64,000 nucleotides of DNA from Vulcanimicrobiota bacterium. GTDB taxonomy: Bacteria; Vulcanimicrobiota; Vulcanimicrobiia; Vulcanimicrobiales; Vulcanimicrobiaceae. The position numbers and the translations under genes are program-made. Positions within the stretch are counted from its first letter, which is position 1. The number at the start of each line of letters is the position of its first letter. Shown one piece after another: positions 41,275 through 50,177 of this stretch. Below the pieces are notes generated by a model. That model did not search any database. It saw only the letters and a program-made list of their open reading frames with translations, and was not told where the DNA came from. The stretch covers positions 640,001 through 704,000 of the forward strand of contig CAVZQC010000004.1 of the NCBI GenBank assembly GCA_963777315.1, read 5' to 3'.

Positions 41275-41992
41275 CTATTGCGTCATCGTCTGATACATGC
41301 GCGGGCAAAGCAGCGTGTCTTCGGGTTTGTCCGCCACGTAATCGATGATGTCTTCATTGACGTTCAACGACACGCTCGAAGGCCACGATCCCATACCGAC
41401 GTACCGCAGTACTTTGGCAGGTACGCGAATGTAATGATAACCCGCATGAGAGTCGGTCAACCGCACTGCGACCACGACGGGCTGGTGTTGTGCGAGCACC
41501 GGCGTATCGAACACGGACGCATAGTATGCGTCCTCGTCGTTTTCGGTGACTACGCCGGCATCGAGAGGATCGCCCACCGCTCCTTTGCATGCGACGGACT
41601 TGTCGAAAACGACTACGGTCGGTTGAACGTACGAGAACGAAAACGGCGCGGTGCCCATGACGAGCGCCGGTACGTCGTTTTGTACCGGCCCCATTTGCGG
41701 AGCGACGGCCAGCGTCCGGTTGTGGTCGGCCAGCACGCTGAAATACACTAGGGAACTGCAAGTTCCGTGCGGCACTTTCACGCTTACTCGTGCGCGGTAA
41801 ATGCCCCACGGAATATCGAATTCGACCGCCGACTCATTCCCGTTCTCGCGCACGAGCTGAAAGGTTTGGTTTACGGCATCGCGGTTGATGCGATCCGTTA
41901 CGGCGAGATGGAGGGGCAGACTGAGTTTGCTCTTTGAGTCGAAGAGCTGCATTGCAGAGGGCTACGTGCATTACGACGTGCGAAAGCGCCAT
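41275..41992 (-). CDS. Hypothetical protein; N-terminus possibly separated by a 1-nt insertion near 41944
   Basis: 225-aa frame from 41952; ATG 41992 (MALSHVVMHVALCNAA) joins it if one base next to AGCT is removed. Confidence 0.6.
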
Positions 41993-42048
41993 GGCGGCTA
42001 GCTTCCACCGGCGCGGGGAAGCCCCTTGGCCGTACGGAATCGTTCGGC

Positions 42049-42283
42049 ATGACCGACGCTCAACGCCTTGCCAAAGCGCTCAACACCATCGCAAACAATC
42101 CGCAATTTTCGTACACCAAAGCTCGGGCAGCCGCTCGAGGCGAGCCGGCCGTCGATTGGGATGCCACAAAACGGCTCAATGCGGACTTCAACGCAGAAGT
42201 CGACGGGTGCGAGTCGTTCGCCATGCGCGACGGGACCGTATGTGAATGGCAGCCCGGCAAGTACCGCTATGCAGCTGAAGTGA
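42049..42283 (+). CDS. Small hypothetical protein (ends 42283 if the insertion is corrected, 42315 as read)
   Basis: Open frame MTDAQRLAKAL..; corrected end YRYAAE-stop. Confidence 0.55.
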
Positions 42284-42863
42284 CGGATACACCGACGTTC
42301 CGGCCGGCAAGATAGCCAACGTCGTCACGTGCTTGGAGATGCTCGCACGCCCTGCGGCACGCTCGGAGCCGGTTCGTCCCGGCTGCGAGCTGGTGCGCAT
42401 GGCCTCACCCGGCCTCGATTGGTATCGCAAGCTTTTCCGCCGCGTCGGCGAACCGTACTTGTGGTTTTCGCGTCTCACCGTATCCGACGAACAGTTGCAG
42501 CGTGCCATCTGTGACGCGCTTATCGAGATCTACGCCGTTCGCTGCAATAATGAGGACGTAGGCATGGTGGAATTCGACTTTCGAACCGGCGGACAATGCG
42601 AGTTGCTGTATTTCGGTTTGACGCAGCCGCACGTAGGCTGCGGTTTGGGCCGTTGGACGATGAATCGCGCCATCGACATTGCCTGGTCGCATCCGATCCG
42701 CCGCTTTTGGGTGCATACGTGCACGCTCGATCACCCCGGCGCGGTGAGCTTCTACATGCGATCCGGTTTTCGTCCCTTCAAACGCCAGATCGAAATTGCA
42801 GACGACCCGCGCTTAACCGGAGTGCTGCGGCGCGATGCCGTACCCGAGGTGCCCGTGCTCTAG
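42269..42863 (+). CDS. GNAT N-acetyltransferase, with an apparent 1-nt insertion near 42278
   Basis: SDGYTDVPAGKIANVVTCLEM in frame; YFGL..GCGLGR; WVHTCTLDHPGAVSFYMRSGF. Confidence 0.88.
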
Positions 42864-42880
42864 CGTCCCGAACCATTCGG

Positions 42881-43804
42881 TTACGGAGCCCAAAAACGCG
42901 GCCACTCCAGGGAGATGGCCGCTTCGTAGAGTCGCGGCAAATCCTGGGCCCCGATCAAACTCGCTCCGCCGCCCATCTGCGCACGGAGCCTTGACCCATT
43001 TCGGTTGACCAAACGCTCCAAGAAAATTGCTTCGGGAAGCCAATCGGACTTTTCGTTGTTGCACCGAGCGCAAGCCAAGACGAGATCCCATAGCGGATCC
43101 TCGAGCAAGAACGATCTCGGAATGACGTGATCGACCGTCGGCAGTACCGAGGTTCCAAACGTCTTGCCGCAGTAAAAGCATTCTCCCCGTTCGTCTTGCA
43201 TGAGGATTTGCAGATATTTGGCAAGAGAGGGCCGACGGGGGCCGTCCCGTTCGACCTTTTGAATGATCCGCGGCGCCAGGCGATTGCGCGATTCCAAAAA
43301 ATCCGCCCAATGGTAATTTGCCAACGTTTCTAGTGCGCCGCCGTGCCGTTGCAGGAAGCTGCAAGCCGATGCCGTCATTCGTATTTCACGGTCGCCTTTT
43401 TGCCAATTGTAGAGAAGCGGCATAGACGGTGGACGGCTTTTGTGGAATGCATCGAGCACGTTTATCGTCAGGACCCTTGCCATTTTGGCCTTTACGAGCG
43501 CTTTGCCGGCATCGGGGAGGTCACTGTAGTAGCGAATGTGGTAGTGCTCGGACGTGTGCCGAATTGCTTTTATGACTTCAGCCTCTTTGGTTGTGGCTGA
43601 CGCTTGGCGCAGATGGTACACCGCCGTCTGGTTCCAGTACATCTTCGAGAACTCTTCGCCTATCGCCTCAAGCGATACGGCATGCGAATCGGTGCGCCGC
43701 ACGATGCGAATCAATGCCTTCAGCAGCGCCGGCTTGTAGGAAGCCGACATGGAAGCATGGCGCAGCAAGGATGCAACGTCATTCACGCAATATTCTTGCG
43801 GCAT
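42881..43804 (-). CDS. HNH endonuclease with N-terminal helical/winged-helix-like domain
   Basis: CFYCG..TVDHVIPRS..DLVLACARCNNEKSD; N-terminal SASYKPALLKAL. Confidence 0.9.
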   Translation of the reverse strand: MPQEYCVNDVASLLRHASMSASYKPALLKALIRIVRRTDSHAVSLEAIGEEFSKMYWNQTAVYHLRQASATTKEAEVIKAIRHTSEHYHIRYYSDLPDAGKALVKAKMARVLTINVLDAFHKSRPPSMPLLYNWQKGDREIRMTASACSFLQRHGGALETLANYHWADFLESRNRLAPRIIQKVERDGPRRPSLAKYLQILMQDERGECFYCGKTFGTSVLPTVDHVIPRSFLLEDPLWDLVLACARCNNEKSDWLPEAIFLERLVNRNGSRLRAQMGGGASLIGAQDLPRLYEAAISLEWPRFWAP

Positions 43805-43877
43805 TGGATTGCTACGCCGGCCGTGGCGCGTCGGACGCGCGAACGTGCCCGGTTATCCGGGCGTGCTCTTCAACGAG

Positions 43878-44195
43878 CCGCACATCCGCGACGTTCAAAG
43901 CCTCGATGAGCGTCTCGAGAACGCCGAGGCTACATTCGGAGAGGGAGAGATTCGAACTCTCGAGACGCTGATGTCGGGCGCTTTGCGCCCGCACATCCGC
44001 GACGTTGAAAGCCTCGATGAGCGTCTCGAGAACGCCGAGGCTACATTCGGAGAGGGAGAGATTCGAACTCTCGAGACGCTCATGTCGGGCGCTTTGCGCC
44101 CGCAGCATCCGCGACGTTGAAAGCCTCGATGAGCGTCTCGAGAACGCCGAGGCTACATTCGGAGAGGGAGAGATTCGAACTCTCGAGACGCTCAT
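43878..44195 (-). repeat. tRNA-Ser-linked tandem repeat, about 2.9 x 111 bp, each unit containing the tRNA 3' end and an internal inverted repeat
   Basis: Units start at 43878, 43989, 44100 (+ coordinates), near identical; each has CGGAGAGGGAGAGATTCGAACTCTCGAGACGCT, the third being the tRNA itself. Confidence 0.96.
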
Positions 44196-44247
44196 CACGT
44201 CTGCCCGCTTTCGAGGCGGGTGCCTTCAACCACTCGACCACCTCTCC
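44160..44247 (-). tRNA. tRNA-Ser (CGA)
   Basis: Anticodon arm CCCGC-CT-CGA-AA-GCGGG; long variable arm; G73. Confidence 0.96.
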
Positions 44248-44307
44248 GTAGCGTACCGCCGACAAAGGACCGCTGATTCGAGGCCCCCTGTGAAATTCTT
44301 TTCGGCG

Positions 44308-44754
44308 TCACCGGCGCTTTCGAAAAAACCGCTGCAGCTGGGCCGCCGCTTCTTGCTCGAGCACGCCGCTCGTGACCTCGACGCGATGATTGAGCGACGG
44401 ATGGCGCACCAGGTCGACCACGCTGCCGCTCGCACCGCCCTTAGGATCGGCGCATCCGTACACCAAACGCTTAATGCGAGCTGCCACCATCGCGCCGGCG
44501 CACATCGCGCACGGTTCCTTGCTCACGTAGATCGTCGCTTCGGAAAGCCGCCACGCTCCCATCGCTTGCGCCGCCTTTTGCAGGGCTAGCATTTCTGCAT
44601 GCGCGGTTGCGTCGCGCCTTTGCTCTTTTTCGTTTTTTGCTTCGACGACGAGATCGCCGCTGACGAGCACGGCACCGATCGGTACGTCACCGCAAGCTTC
44701 TGCCTGCGCCGCCAGCTCCAGCGCGCGTCGGATGTAACGTTCGTCAGGTACCAT
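44308..44754 (-). CDS. tadA: tRNA adenosine(34) deaminase
   Basis: DVPIGAV, DATAHAE, WRL, EPCAMCAGA, DPKGGA, LNHR, LQRFF. Confidence 0.95.
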   Translation of the reverse strand: MVPDERYIRRALELAAQAEACGDVPIGAVLVSGDLVVEAKNEKEQRRDATAHAEMLALQKAAQAMGAWRLSEATIYVSKEPCAMCAGAMVAARIKRLVYGCADPKGGASGSVVDLVRHPSLNHRVEVTSGVLEQEAAAQLQRFFRKRR

Positions 44755-44830
44755 GGCGCGGTCGAAGGGATTCGAACCCCCGGCCTCTTCCTTCGGAGGG
44801 AAGCGCTCTATCCAGTCGAGCTACGACCGC
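44754..44830 (-). tRNA. tRNA-Arg (CCG), CCA encoded
   Basis: Anticodon arm CTTCC-CT-CCG-AA-GGAAG. Confidence 0.96.
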
Positions 44831-44839
44831 ACGAGTACG

Positions 44840-45076
44840 TCAGCGCTGGTTCTCGGGAGAGTTTCCGGCGCTGGGAATGTGTTTGAACAGGTCGAGCTTA
44901 TGGTCGATCAGTCCTCTGTAAAATTTGCGAACGCAATCCGGATGCCCGAAAAAGTACGTGCGCGCGTAGGCCAAATCGTCGCCCGAACTGTCCGGAACGT
45001 AGTGCGATATTTCGATTTCCTCCATCTGATTGCGATCGACGGGATGAGGACAAAAATCGCACGGAATCGTTGACAT
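44840..45076 (-). CDS. Small putative Zn-binding protein
   Basis: CDFC...HPDC ligand pattern; fills the gap between two tRNAs. Confidence 0.55.
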   Translation of the reverse strand: MSTIPCDFCPHPVDRNQMEEIEISHYVPDSSGDDLAYARTYFFGHPDCVRKFYRGLIDHKLDLFKHIPSAGNSPENQR

Positions 45077-45166
45077 CGTTGTTCTGCCTTATTAGTCTGA
45101 GCGTCGGTTAGTTGTGCAGGGGCATGGCGACCGCTCCGAATCACGCAACCCGGAGCGGGTGAATTC

Positions 45167-45239
45167 TGACTCGGGTAGGATTCGAACCTACGGCCTAGGG
45201 CTTATGAGTCCCCCGCTCTACCGCTGAGTCTACCGAGCC
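45167..45239 (-). tRNA. tRNA with CAT anticodon (probably elongator Met; Ile2 not excluded), one extra base in the D-stem
   Basis: GGCTCGG/CCGAGTC acceptor with G1-C72 (not initiator); CT-CAT-AA loop; TAGACTCAG in place of TAGCTCAG. Confidence 0.9.
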
Positions 45240-45382
45240 GGACACGCTCTGGTTCGACGCTCTACTCTAGCAAGTCCCGGGCGGGCTTTCAAGAAGTCGC
45301 GCATCACGAGCGTCATCGTACTCCGTCAATGCGCTGCTGCGTCCATGCGGCAACGTGCGAACCTTCTTGGCGTTCGGAGCTT

Positions 45383-45459
45383 TGGCGCGGTCGGAGGGAC
45401 TCGAACCCCCAACCTACAAGTTCGTAGCCTGTTGCTCTATCCAATTGAGCTACGACCGC
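45383..45459 (-). tRNA. tRNA-Arg (ACG), CCA encoded
   Basis: Anticodon arm ACAGG-CT-ACG-AA-CTTGT. Confidence 0.97.
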
Positions 45460-45523
45460 ACAGCCGCGAACGTTTGGTCGCGGTTTCTTTTATTCCCTTC
45501 GCTGAGCCGCGTCGCGCACGCCG

Positions 45524-45615
<92 letters not shown>

Positions 45616-45628
45616 GCGACCGCCGACC

Positions 45629-45637
45629 ACTATACCA
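45629..45637 (-). promoter_or_regulatory. Extended -10 promoter of the tRNA cluster
   Basis: TGGTATAGT 13 nt upstream of tRNA-Ser(GCT). Confidence 0.6.
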
Positions 45638-45655
45638 CAGAGCGAGCGTGCAGCC

Positions 45656-46189
45656 CTAGCGTCGATCTGACGGAGGCGGCTCCTCGACCACCTCAGGGAC
45701 GATCACCGGTCCCCTGCGCGCCGGCGGCCGGTACAGCAGCGAATCCACGCCCGCGACGCGACCCGCCGGCACCGCAAGCATGAGAAACGAAAGCACGAAC
45801 GCAACCGCGTCCAGCGATCCGATCGTGGTCCAGGAAGCAAACTCGCCTTGGATCGCCATGTAGTTGAGCGCCAAAAAGCATCCGACAAGACCGCCGAAAC
45901 GCGTGAAGATGCCCAGCAGCAGCACGCAGCCCGTGCATACCTCGCCTAAGCGAACCAATTCGGCGAATATGGTAATGTTCGGCCCGACGACGTTTGCCAA
46001 AAAGTCGTGATAGAAGCCGGTTTGAGCCTGCGTGCCCTTGGCAACGATCATCGCCATGAAACCGTTGGGCGGCATGTACGCTGCGCTGTTGAGGAACTTC
46101 GGAATTCCATGCGCGAGCCAGAAGATGCCGGCGTAGATGCGCAGCGCCGTGAACCAGCCGGCGTACGTCCAATGCGATGCCATTCTCAT
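45656..46189 (-). CDS. DoxX/TQO small-subunit family membrane protein
   Basis: LRIYAGIFWLAHGIPKF..GEVCTGCVLLLGIFTR..GRVAGVD. Confidence 0.85.
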   Translation of the reverse strand: MRMASHWTYAGWFTALRIYAGIFWLAHGIPKFLNSAAYMPPNGFMAMIVAKGTQAQTGFYHDFLANVVGPNITIFAELVRLGEVCTGCVLLLGIFTRFGGLVGCFLALNYMAIQGEFASWTTIGSLDAVAFVLSFLMLAVPAGRVAGVDSLLYRPPARRGPVIVPEVVEEPPPSDRR

Positions 46190-47328
46190 GCAATGTCTTC
46201 TCTCTGTGCGCGCTGGGTCTCCGCCGACCGGATCGCGCCGGCGATTTTTTCGGCTGCGTCCGGCTTGCCGAGCAAATGCATCGCAGCCCGCATTTGGCTC
46301 AATTTCTCCTCGCTGGCCAGGAGCGACTGCACCGCGCGCGTCAGATCGCGCCCGCTCTTTGCGCGCAGCGCCGCGCGCCGCTGCACCAAATACCTGGTAT
46401 TGCGTTCTTCTTGCCCCGGCAGCGGTTTGAACAGCACCATCGGCAGGCGCGCCGCCAGCGCTTCAGCCGAGGTCAAGCCTCCCGGCTTCGTCAGCAGCAC
46501 GTCGCTGGCGTGCATGTAGTCGTGCACGTTGTTCACGAACCGCACGACCCTGACGGGATAGCGAACGCGATTCGCATATTCCAAAACGCGCTGCTCGGAG
46601 CGCAGGCTTCTGCCGACTATTGCAACCGCGCACAACGGCACGGTCACGCGTTCGAGCGCCTGCATCATCGTTTCGAGCGGCGCGATGCCCAGGCCGCCCC
46701 CCATCAGCAGAGCGATGCGCCGGTCGCATGGCAAACCCAACCGCTCGCGCAAATCGTTCCGGGCGGATGCCGTACTGCCGAAAGCCGCTCTGACGGGAAT
46801 GCCGGAAACGACGATTCGCCCATACGGTATGCCGCGCGCCATCAGCGTGGCCCGCATTTCTTCGGTGGCGACTGCGTACGTTTCGATATTTGAGTGAATC
46901 CAGAACGCGTGCACGACGAAGTCCGTCACCACGCCCACGACGGGCGGCGCGTCCGCGAATTGTCTCTTGTACTCGGCCATGACCCCGCAGGGGAACGCGT
47001 GAGTGCACACGACCACGTCGGGTCGCCACTCCACCAGCAGCGAACGCAGATTGCCTGCCGTGAACTGGTGCGCCCACGCTCGAAACGGCCCCACTTCGGT
47101 CGCGCGTTCGGCGCGGTTGTAAAGAAAACGGTACATCTGCGGAATCGTCCGCACCATGCGCAGGTAGCCGCCCGAAACCACGCGCGAGACCACGAATGCC
47201 GCGTACGCATACGAATCGACGACCCGAGCTTCGAATGCCGGATCGGCTTGCGCAAGCGCAGCCTGAAGCGCGTTTGCCGCCGAGGTATGCCCGACGCCCA
47301 CGTTGGCCGACAGGAACAGCGCGCGAAT
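46186..47328 (-). CDS. MGDG-synthase/UgtP-like GT28 glycosyltransferase; probable ATT start
   Basis: IRALFLSANVGVGHTSAA, THAFP, VVTDF, GIPV, TKPGGLT, PGQEERN. Confidence 0.9.
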   Translation of the reverse strand: MRALFLSANVGVGHTSAANALQAALAQADPAFEARVVDSYAYAAFVVSRVVSGGYLRMVRTIPQMYRFLYNRAERATEVGPFRAWAHQFTAGNLRSLLVEWRPDVVVCTHAFPCGVMAEYKRQFADAPPVVGVVTDFVVHAFWIHSNIETYAVATEEMRATLMARGIPYGRIVVSGIPVRAAFGSTASARNDLRERLGLPCDRRIALLMGGGLGIAPLETMMQALERVTVPLCAVAIVGRSLRSEQRVLEYANRVRYPVRVVRFVNNVHDYMHASDVLLTKPGGLTSAEALAARLPMVLFKPLPGQEERNTRYLVQRRAALRAKSGRDLTRAVQSLLASEEKLSQMRAAMHLLGKPDAAEKIAGAIRSAETQRAQREDIA

Positions 47329-47606
47329 TACTCCTCCCCCTCGGGGCCGGCCTCTTCGGCCAACACGAAAAAGTCGTCGAGTATCTCTTGAGCGAGATCG
47401 TCGTCGTCGAGCATCTCGCCCTTGACGTCGCTCACGACGAATTCGTCTTCCTGTTCGCAGTACAGGACTGCGTACTGGGTATTCTCCTCATCTTCAACCA
47501 AGCCCACGACTTCGAACTCGAGCTGTTTGTCGTCGGTGGTTTGAATGACCAGCACGTCGCGCAGCTCCAGGGCTTGCTGCTGGCCGGATTCGCCGTTGGT
47601 CGACAT
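47328..47606 (-). CDS. DUF1292-like acidic protein
   Basis: Acidic; LEFEVV..QYAVL; follows ruvX-mltG as in Firmicutes. Confidence 0.75.
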   Translation of the reverse strand: MSTNGESGQQQALELRDVLVIQTTDDKQLEFEVVGLVEDEENTQYAVLYCEQEDEFVVSDVKGEMLDDDDLAQEILDDFFVLAEEAGPEGEE

Positions 47607-47616
47607 CGTGGTCTCC

Positions 47617-48603
47617 CTACTTCAGATACTTGGCGATGTTGGCATTCTGCTCCGCCAGGGTCTTTGCGAAGGCGTGGTGCCCATTCCCCTTATAGACGTA
47701 ATAAAGATAGGGCGAAGGCTGTGGGTTGAACGCCGCCCACAGCGACGGCTTGCCCGGGTTGGCGATAGGCGTGGGAGGTAAACCCGCATGCCGGTACGTG
47801 TTGTAGGGCGAATCCAATTTCAAATCGTCGTAGGTGATGACGTTATGGTGCTCGGGAAGCGCATATTCGATCGTGGCATCGACTTCGAGCGGCATCCCGA
47901 TTCGCAACCGGTTATAGTACACGCCCGCCATGAGCGCGCGCTCGTCGTCAGCTTTTGCCTCGCGCTCGATGAGCGAGGCCAGAATGACGACTTGGGGAAC
48001 CGTAAGGCCATGCGCGCGCGCTTTCCGCACTGCGTCGCGCGGCAGCTCTTTATAGAATTGCGCGGTCATGATTCGCTCGACCATCTTGGGCGTGGCCCCT
48101 ATGGGAATGAGGTAGGTGCTGGGAAACAGATATCCTTCAAGGTTTTTGGTGCGCGTGCCGCCGACGACGATCGACGTGCGCATGAACGCCGAGTAATACG
48201 CTTGCTCCGATCCGAAGCCTTCGTCGGAAAGACGCTGCGCGATCTGCATGGCCGTAAAACCTTCGGGAATCGTCACCCATTGCGCCACCTGGGCGCCCCC
48301 GCTTTCGAGCCGGCGTAAGACTTCGTCGGCGCTTTGATGCGGCGAGAAGCGGAATTCGCCCGCGTGCGCTTGCGTGTCGGCATGGCGAAGCTTCGCGTAC
48401 AAGCGAAACGCCGTCGCATTTCCGATGATTCCGGCCTGCGCGAGCTGCGATGCGATATCGTGAAAGGTGGCGCCGCGCGGAACGACGATCGAGGTGCTGC
48501 GCGCGGGATGCGACCGATCGGAGAATATTTCGTATGCAAAGAGCGCCGCTATTACGGCGGCTGCAGCAAGGACGACCCCGAGCACCACGCTAGCGGCGCG
48601 CAA
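47617..48603 (-). CDS. mltG: Endolytic transglycosylase MltG
   Basis: TIPEG, LEGYLFPSTY, ASLIERE, NRL, SPYNTY, GLPPTPIANPG. Confidence 0.96.
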   Translation of the reverse strand: MRAASVVLGVVLAAAAVIAALFAYEIFSDRSHPARSTSIVVPRGATFHDIASQLAQAGIIGNATAFRLYAKLRHADTQAHAGEFRFSPHQSADEVLRRLESGGAQVAQWVTIPEGFTAMQIAQRLSDEGFGSEQAYYSAFMRTSIVVGGTRTKNLEGYLFPSTYLIPIGATPKMVERIMTAQFYKELPRDAVRKARAHGLTVPQVVILASLIEREAKADDERALMAGVYYNRLRIGMPLEVDATIEYALPEHHNVITYDDLKLDSPYNTYRHAGLPPTPIANPGKPSLWAAFNPQPSPYLYYVYKGNGHHAFAKTLAEQNANIAKYLK

Positions 48604-49009
48604 GGAAGCTCTCCAAAATCAATGCGGCGGCCATTTTGTCGATCACGGCTCTGCGTTTCGCGCGTCGTACGTCGGCGGCGATGAGGCTCTTGGTAGCCTG
48701 CGCGGTTGTCAGCCGTTCGTCCACGCGGTGAATCGCTCCGGAAAACACTCGCCGCAGTTGCTCGACGAATCGATCGATCTGCTGCGCCGCTAGACCGCGC
48801 TCTCCCGACAACGTCACGGGGTCGCCGACGACGATTTCACCGACGGCGTGCTCGCGCACCAGTTCCTGGATTCGCTGCAAATCGGCTTGCAGGTTCGTGC
48901 GATCGATCACGGTCAAAGGCAGCGCGAACGTGCCGCCCGGATCCGCAACGGCCACGCCGATTCGCTTACTGCCCACGTCGAGCGCCAGAACCGCGGGGCG
49001 CGAACCCAT
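48590..49009 (-). CDS. ruvX: YqgF/RuvX pre-16S rRNA nuclease
   Basis: LALDVGSKRIGVAVAD, VDERLTT, IDKMAAALILESFL. Confidence 0.95.
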   Translation of the reverse strand: MGSRPAVLALDVGSKRIGVAVADPGGTFALPLTVIDRTNLQADLQRIQELVREHAVGEIVVGDPVTLSGERGLAAQQIDRFVEQLRRVFSGAIHRVDERLTTAQATKSLIAADVRRAKRRAVIDKMAAALILESFLARR

Positions 49010-49017
49010 CGAGGCCG

Positions 49018-49773
49018 TCAAGTGGGGTTCTTTACGAACTCCAGTGCGTGCAATCCCGCTTTCGGGCGGCGGCCTAAGTGGTGATTCACCAACGTCTCGA
49101 TTGCTTCGCGCACCACGGGCGTCGCGCGCATCGCCGGCGTCTTGGACGAACCGGGTGCGGCCGCGAGCGCCTGCAGGTTGGCTACGTCGGCGCAATCGAG
49201 CGCCAGAACAGCGCGCCACGATTCGCGGCACTCTTCGCCTGCGAATCCGCCTTGTTCTGCGTCCAGCCACGCGCAACGCTGCGTCAACGAAGCGCCGCAG
49301 CGCACGCAGGTTTCCACCGGGGGCGCCAAGCCCAGCGCCTCGAGCAGCCGCAGCGAGAAGCGCGGCAGCAATCCGAGCGGATCGCCGCTCTTGCCGACGG
49401 CGCGCAATGCGCCGGTGAGCAGCGCGTACACGTCGGGCAGCGGCAGATCCGGTTCGCAAAACGTAGCGATCTGTTCGGCGATCACGTTGGCGGCTGCAAA
49501 ACGTTCGGGCTGCACGACGTTCTGCCAATGCGCCTCACGGATGTCCGCGGAAACGACGACGTCCAACGTGCGCCCTGAATGCATGCATAGCTGCACTTCG
49601 TTGGCAAATTCCAGCCGTCCGGCCAAAGCGCTCCTGGTTCGGCGCACGCCTTTTGCGATTGCATCGATTTTTCCGCGTTCGGTCGTAAACAGCGTCAGGA
49701 TGCGATCCGCCTCGCCGTACGTGCGCCCGCGCAATACGACGGCATCGGTTTTATACGCGCGTGCCGAGGTCAC
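49018..49773 (-). CDS. recO: DNA repair protein RecO
   Basis: AVVLRGRTYGEADRILTLFT..AKGVRR; CVRCG; GTGA overlap with cdd. Confidence 0.95.
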   Translation of the reverse strand: MTSARAYKTDAVVLRGRTYGEADRILTLFTTERGKIDAIAKGVRRTRSALAGRLEFANEVQLCMHSGRTLDVVVSADIREAHWQNVVQPERFAAANVIAEQIATFCEPDLPLPDVYALLTGALRAVGKSGDPLGLLPRFSLRLLEALGLAPPVETCVRCGASLTQRCAWLDAEQGGFAGEECRESWRAVLALDCADVANLQALAAAPGSSKTPAMRATPVVREAIETLVNHHLGRRPKAGLHALEFVKNPT

Positions 49774-50177
49774 GTAGCGTCTTGCAGCGAGTCCGGCCCG
49801 AACGAAGCGGGCAGCAGCGCATCGAGCGTGGTCACCTGCATCCCCTCCGCGGTAGTATACGCCACGACCATTCCCGCGCCGAACTCGGTGAGAAACTGGC
49901 GGCAAGCTCCGCACGGCGCGGTGAGCGCGTGGCTCGGGCCCGCCACGGCGATTGCGCGAAATTTGCGATGTCCGGCGACCACCGCGGCCGCCGCCGCATT
50001 TCGCTCGGCACAGATCGTCAAGCCGTAACTGGCGTTCTCCACGTTGGCTGCGCCGAAGGTTTCGCCCGATTCCGTGATGAGCGCGGCGCCGACACCGTAA
50101 CGCGAGTAGGGCGCGTACGCGTGCTCGCGGTAGCCGCGCGCCAGCGCCATCGCGCGCTCGATTTCCTCAGACGGCAT
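49770..50177 (-). CDS. cdd: Cytidine deaminase
   Basis: AYAPYS, NVENASYGLTICAER, PCGACRQ. Confidence 0.97.
   Translation of the reverse strand: MPSEEIERAMALARGYREHAYAPYSRYGVGAALITESGETFGAANVENASYGLTICAERNAAAAAVVAGHRKFRAIAVAGPSHALTAPCGACRQFLTEFGAGMVVAYTTAEGMQVTTLDALLPASFGPDSLQDAT

Noticed and set aside
40532..43877. Intact integrative element or prophage at tRNA-Ser
   Set aside because: No integrase, transposase or phage gene, and no distal att copy seen
43878..44195. CRISPR array
   Set aside because: Units are near-identical over their full length with no unique spacers, and no cas genes are present
43749..44198. 37-aa repeat proteins on both strands of the array
   Set aside because: The period is a multiple of 3 and the text includes GEGEIRTLET, the usual translation of an antisense tRNA; the third copy has a frame-breaking base
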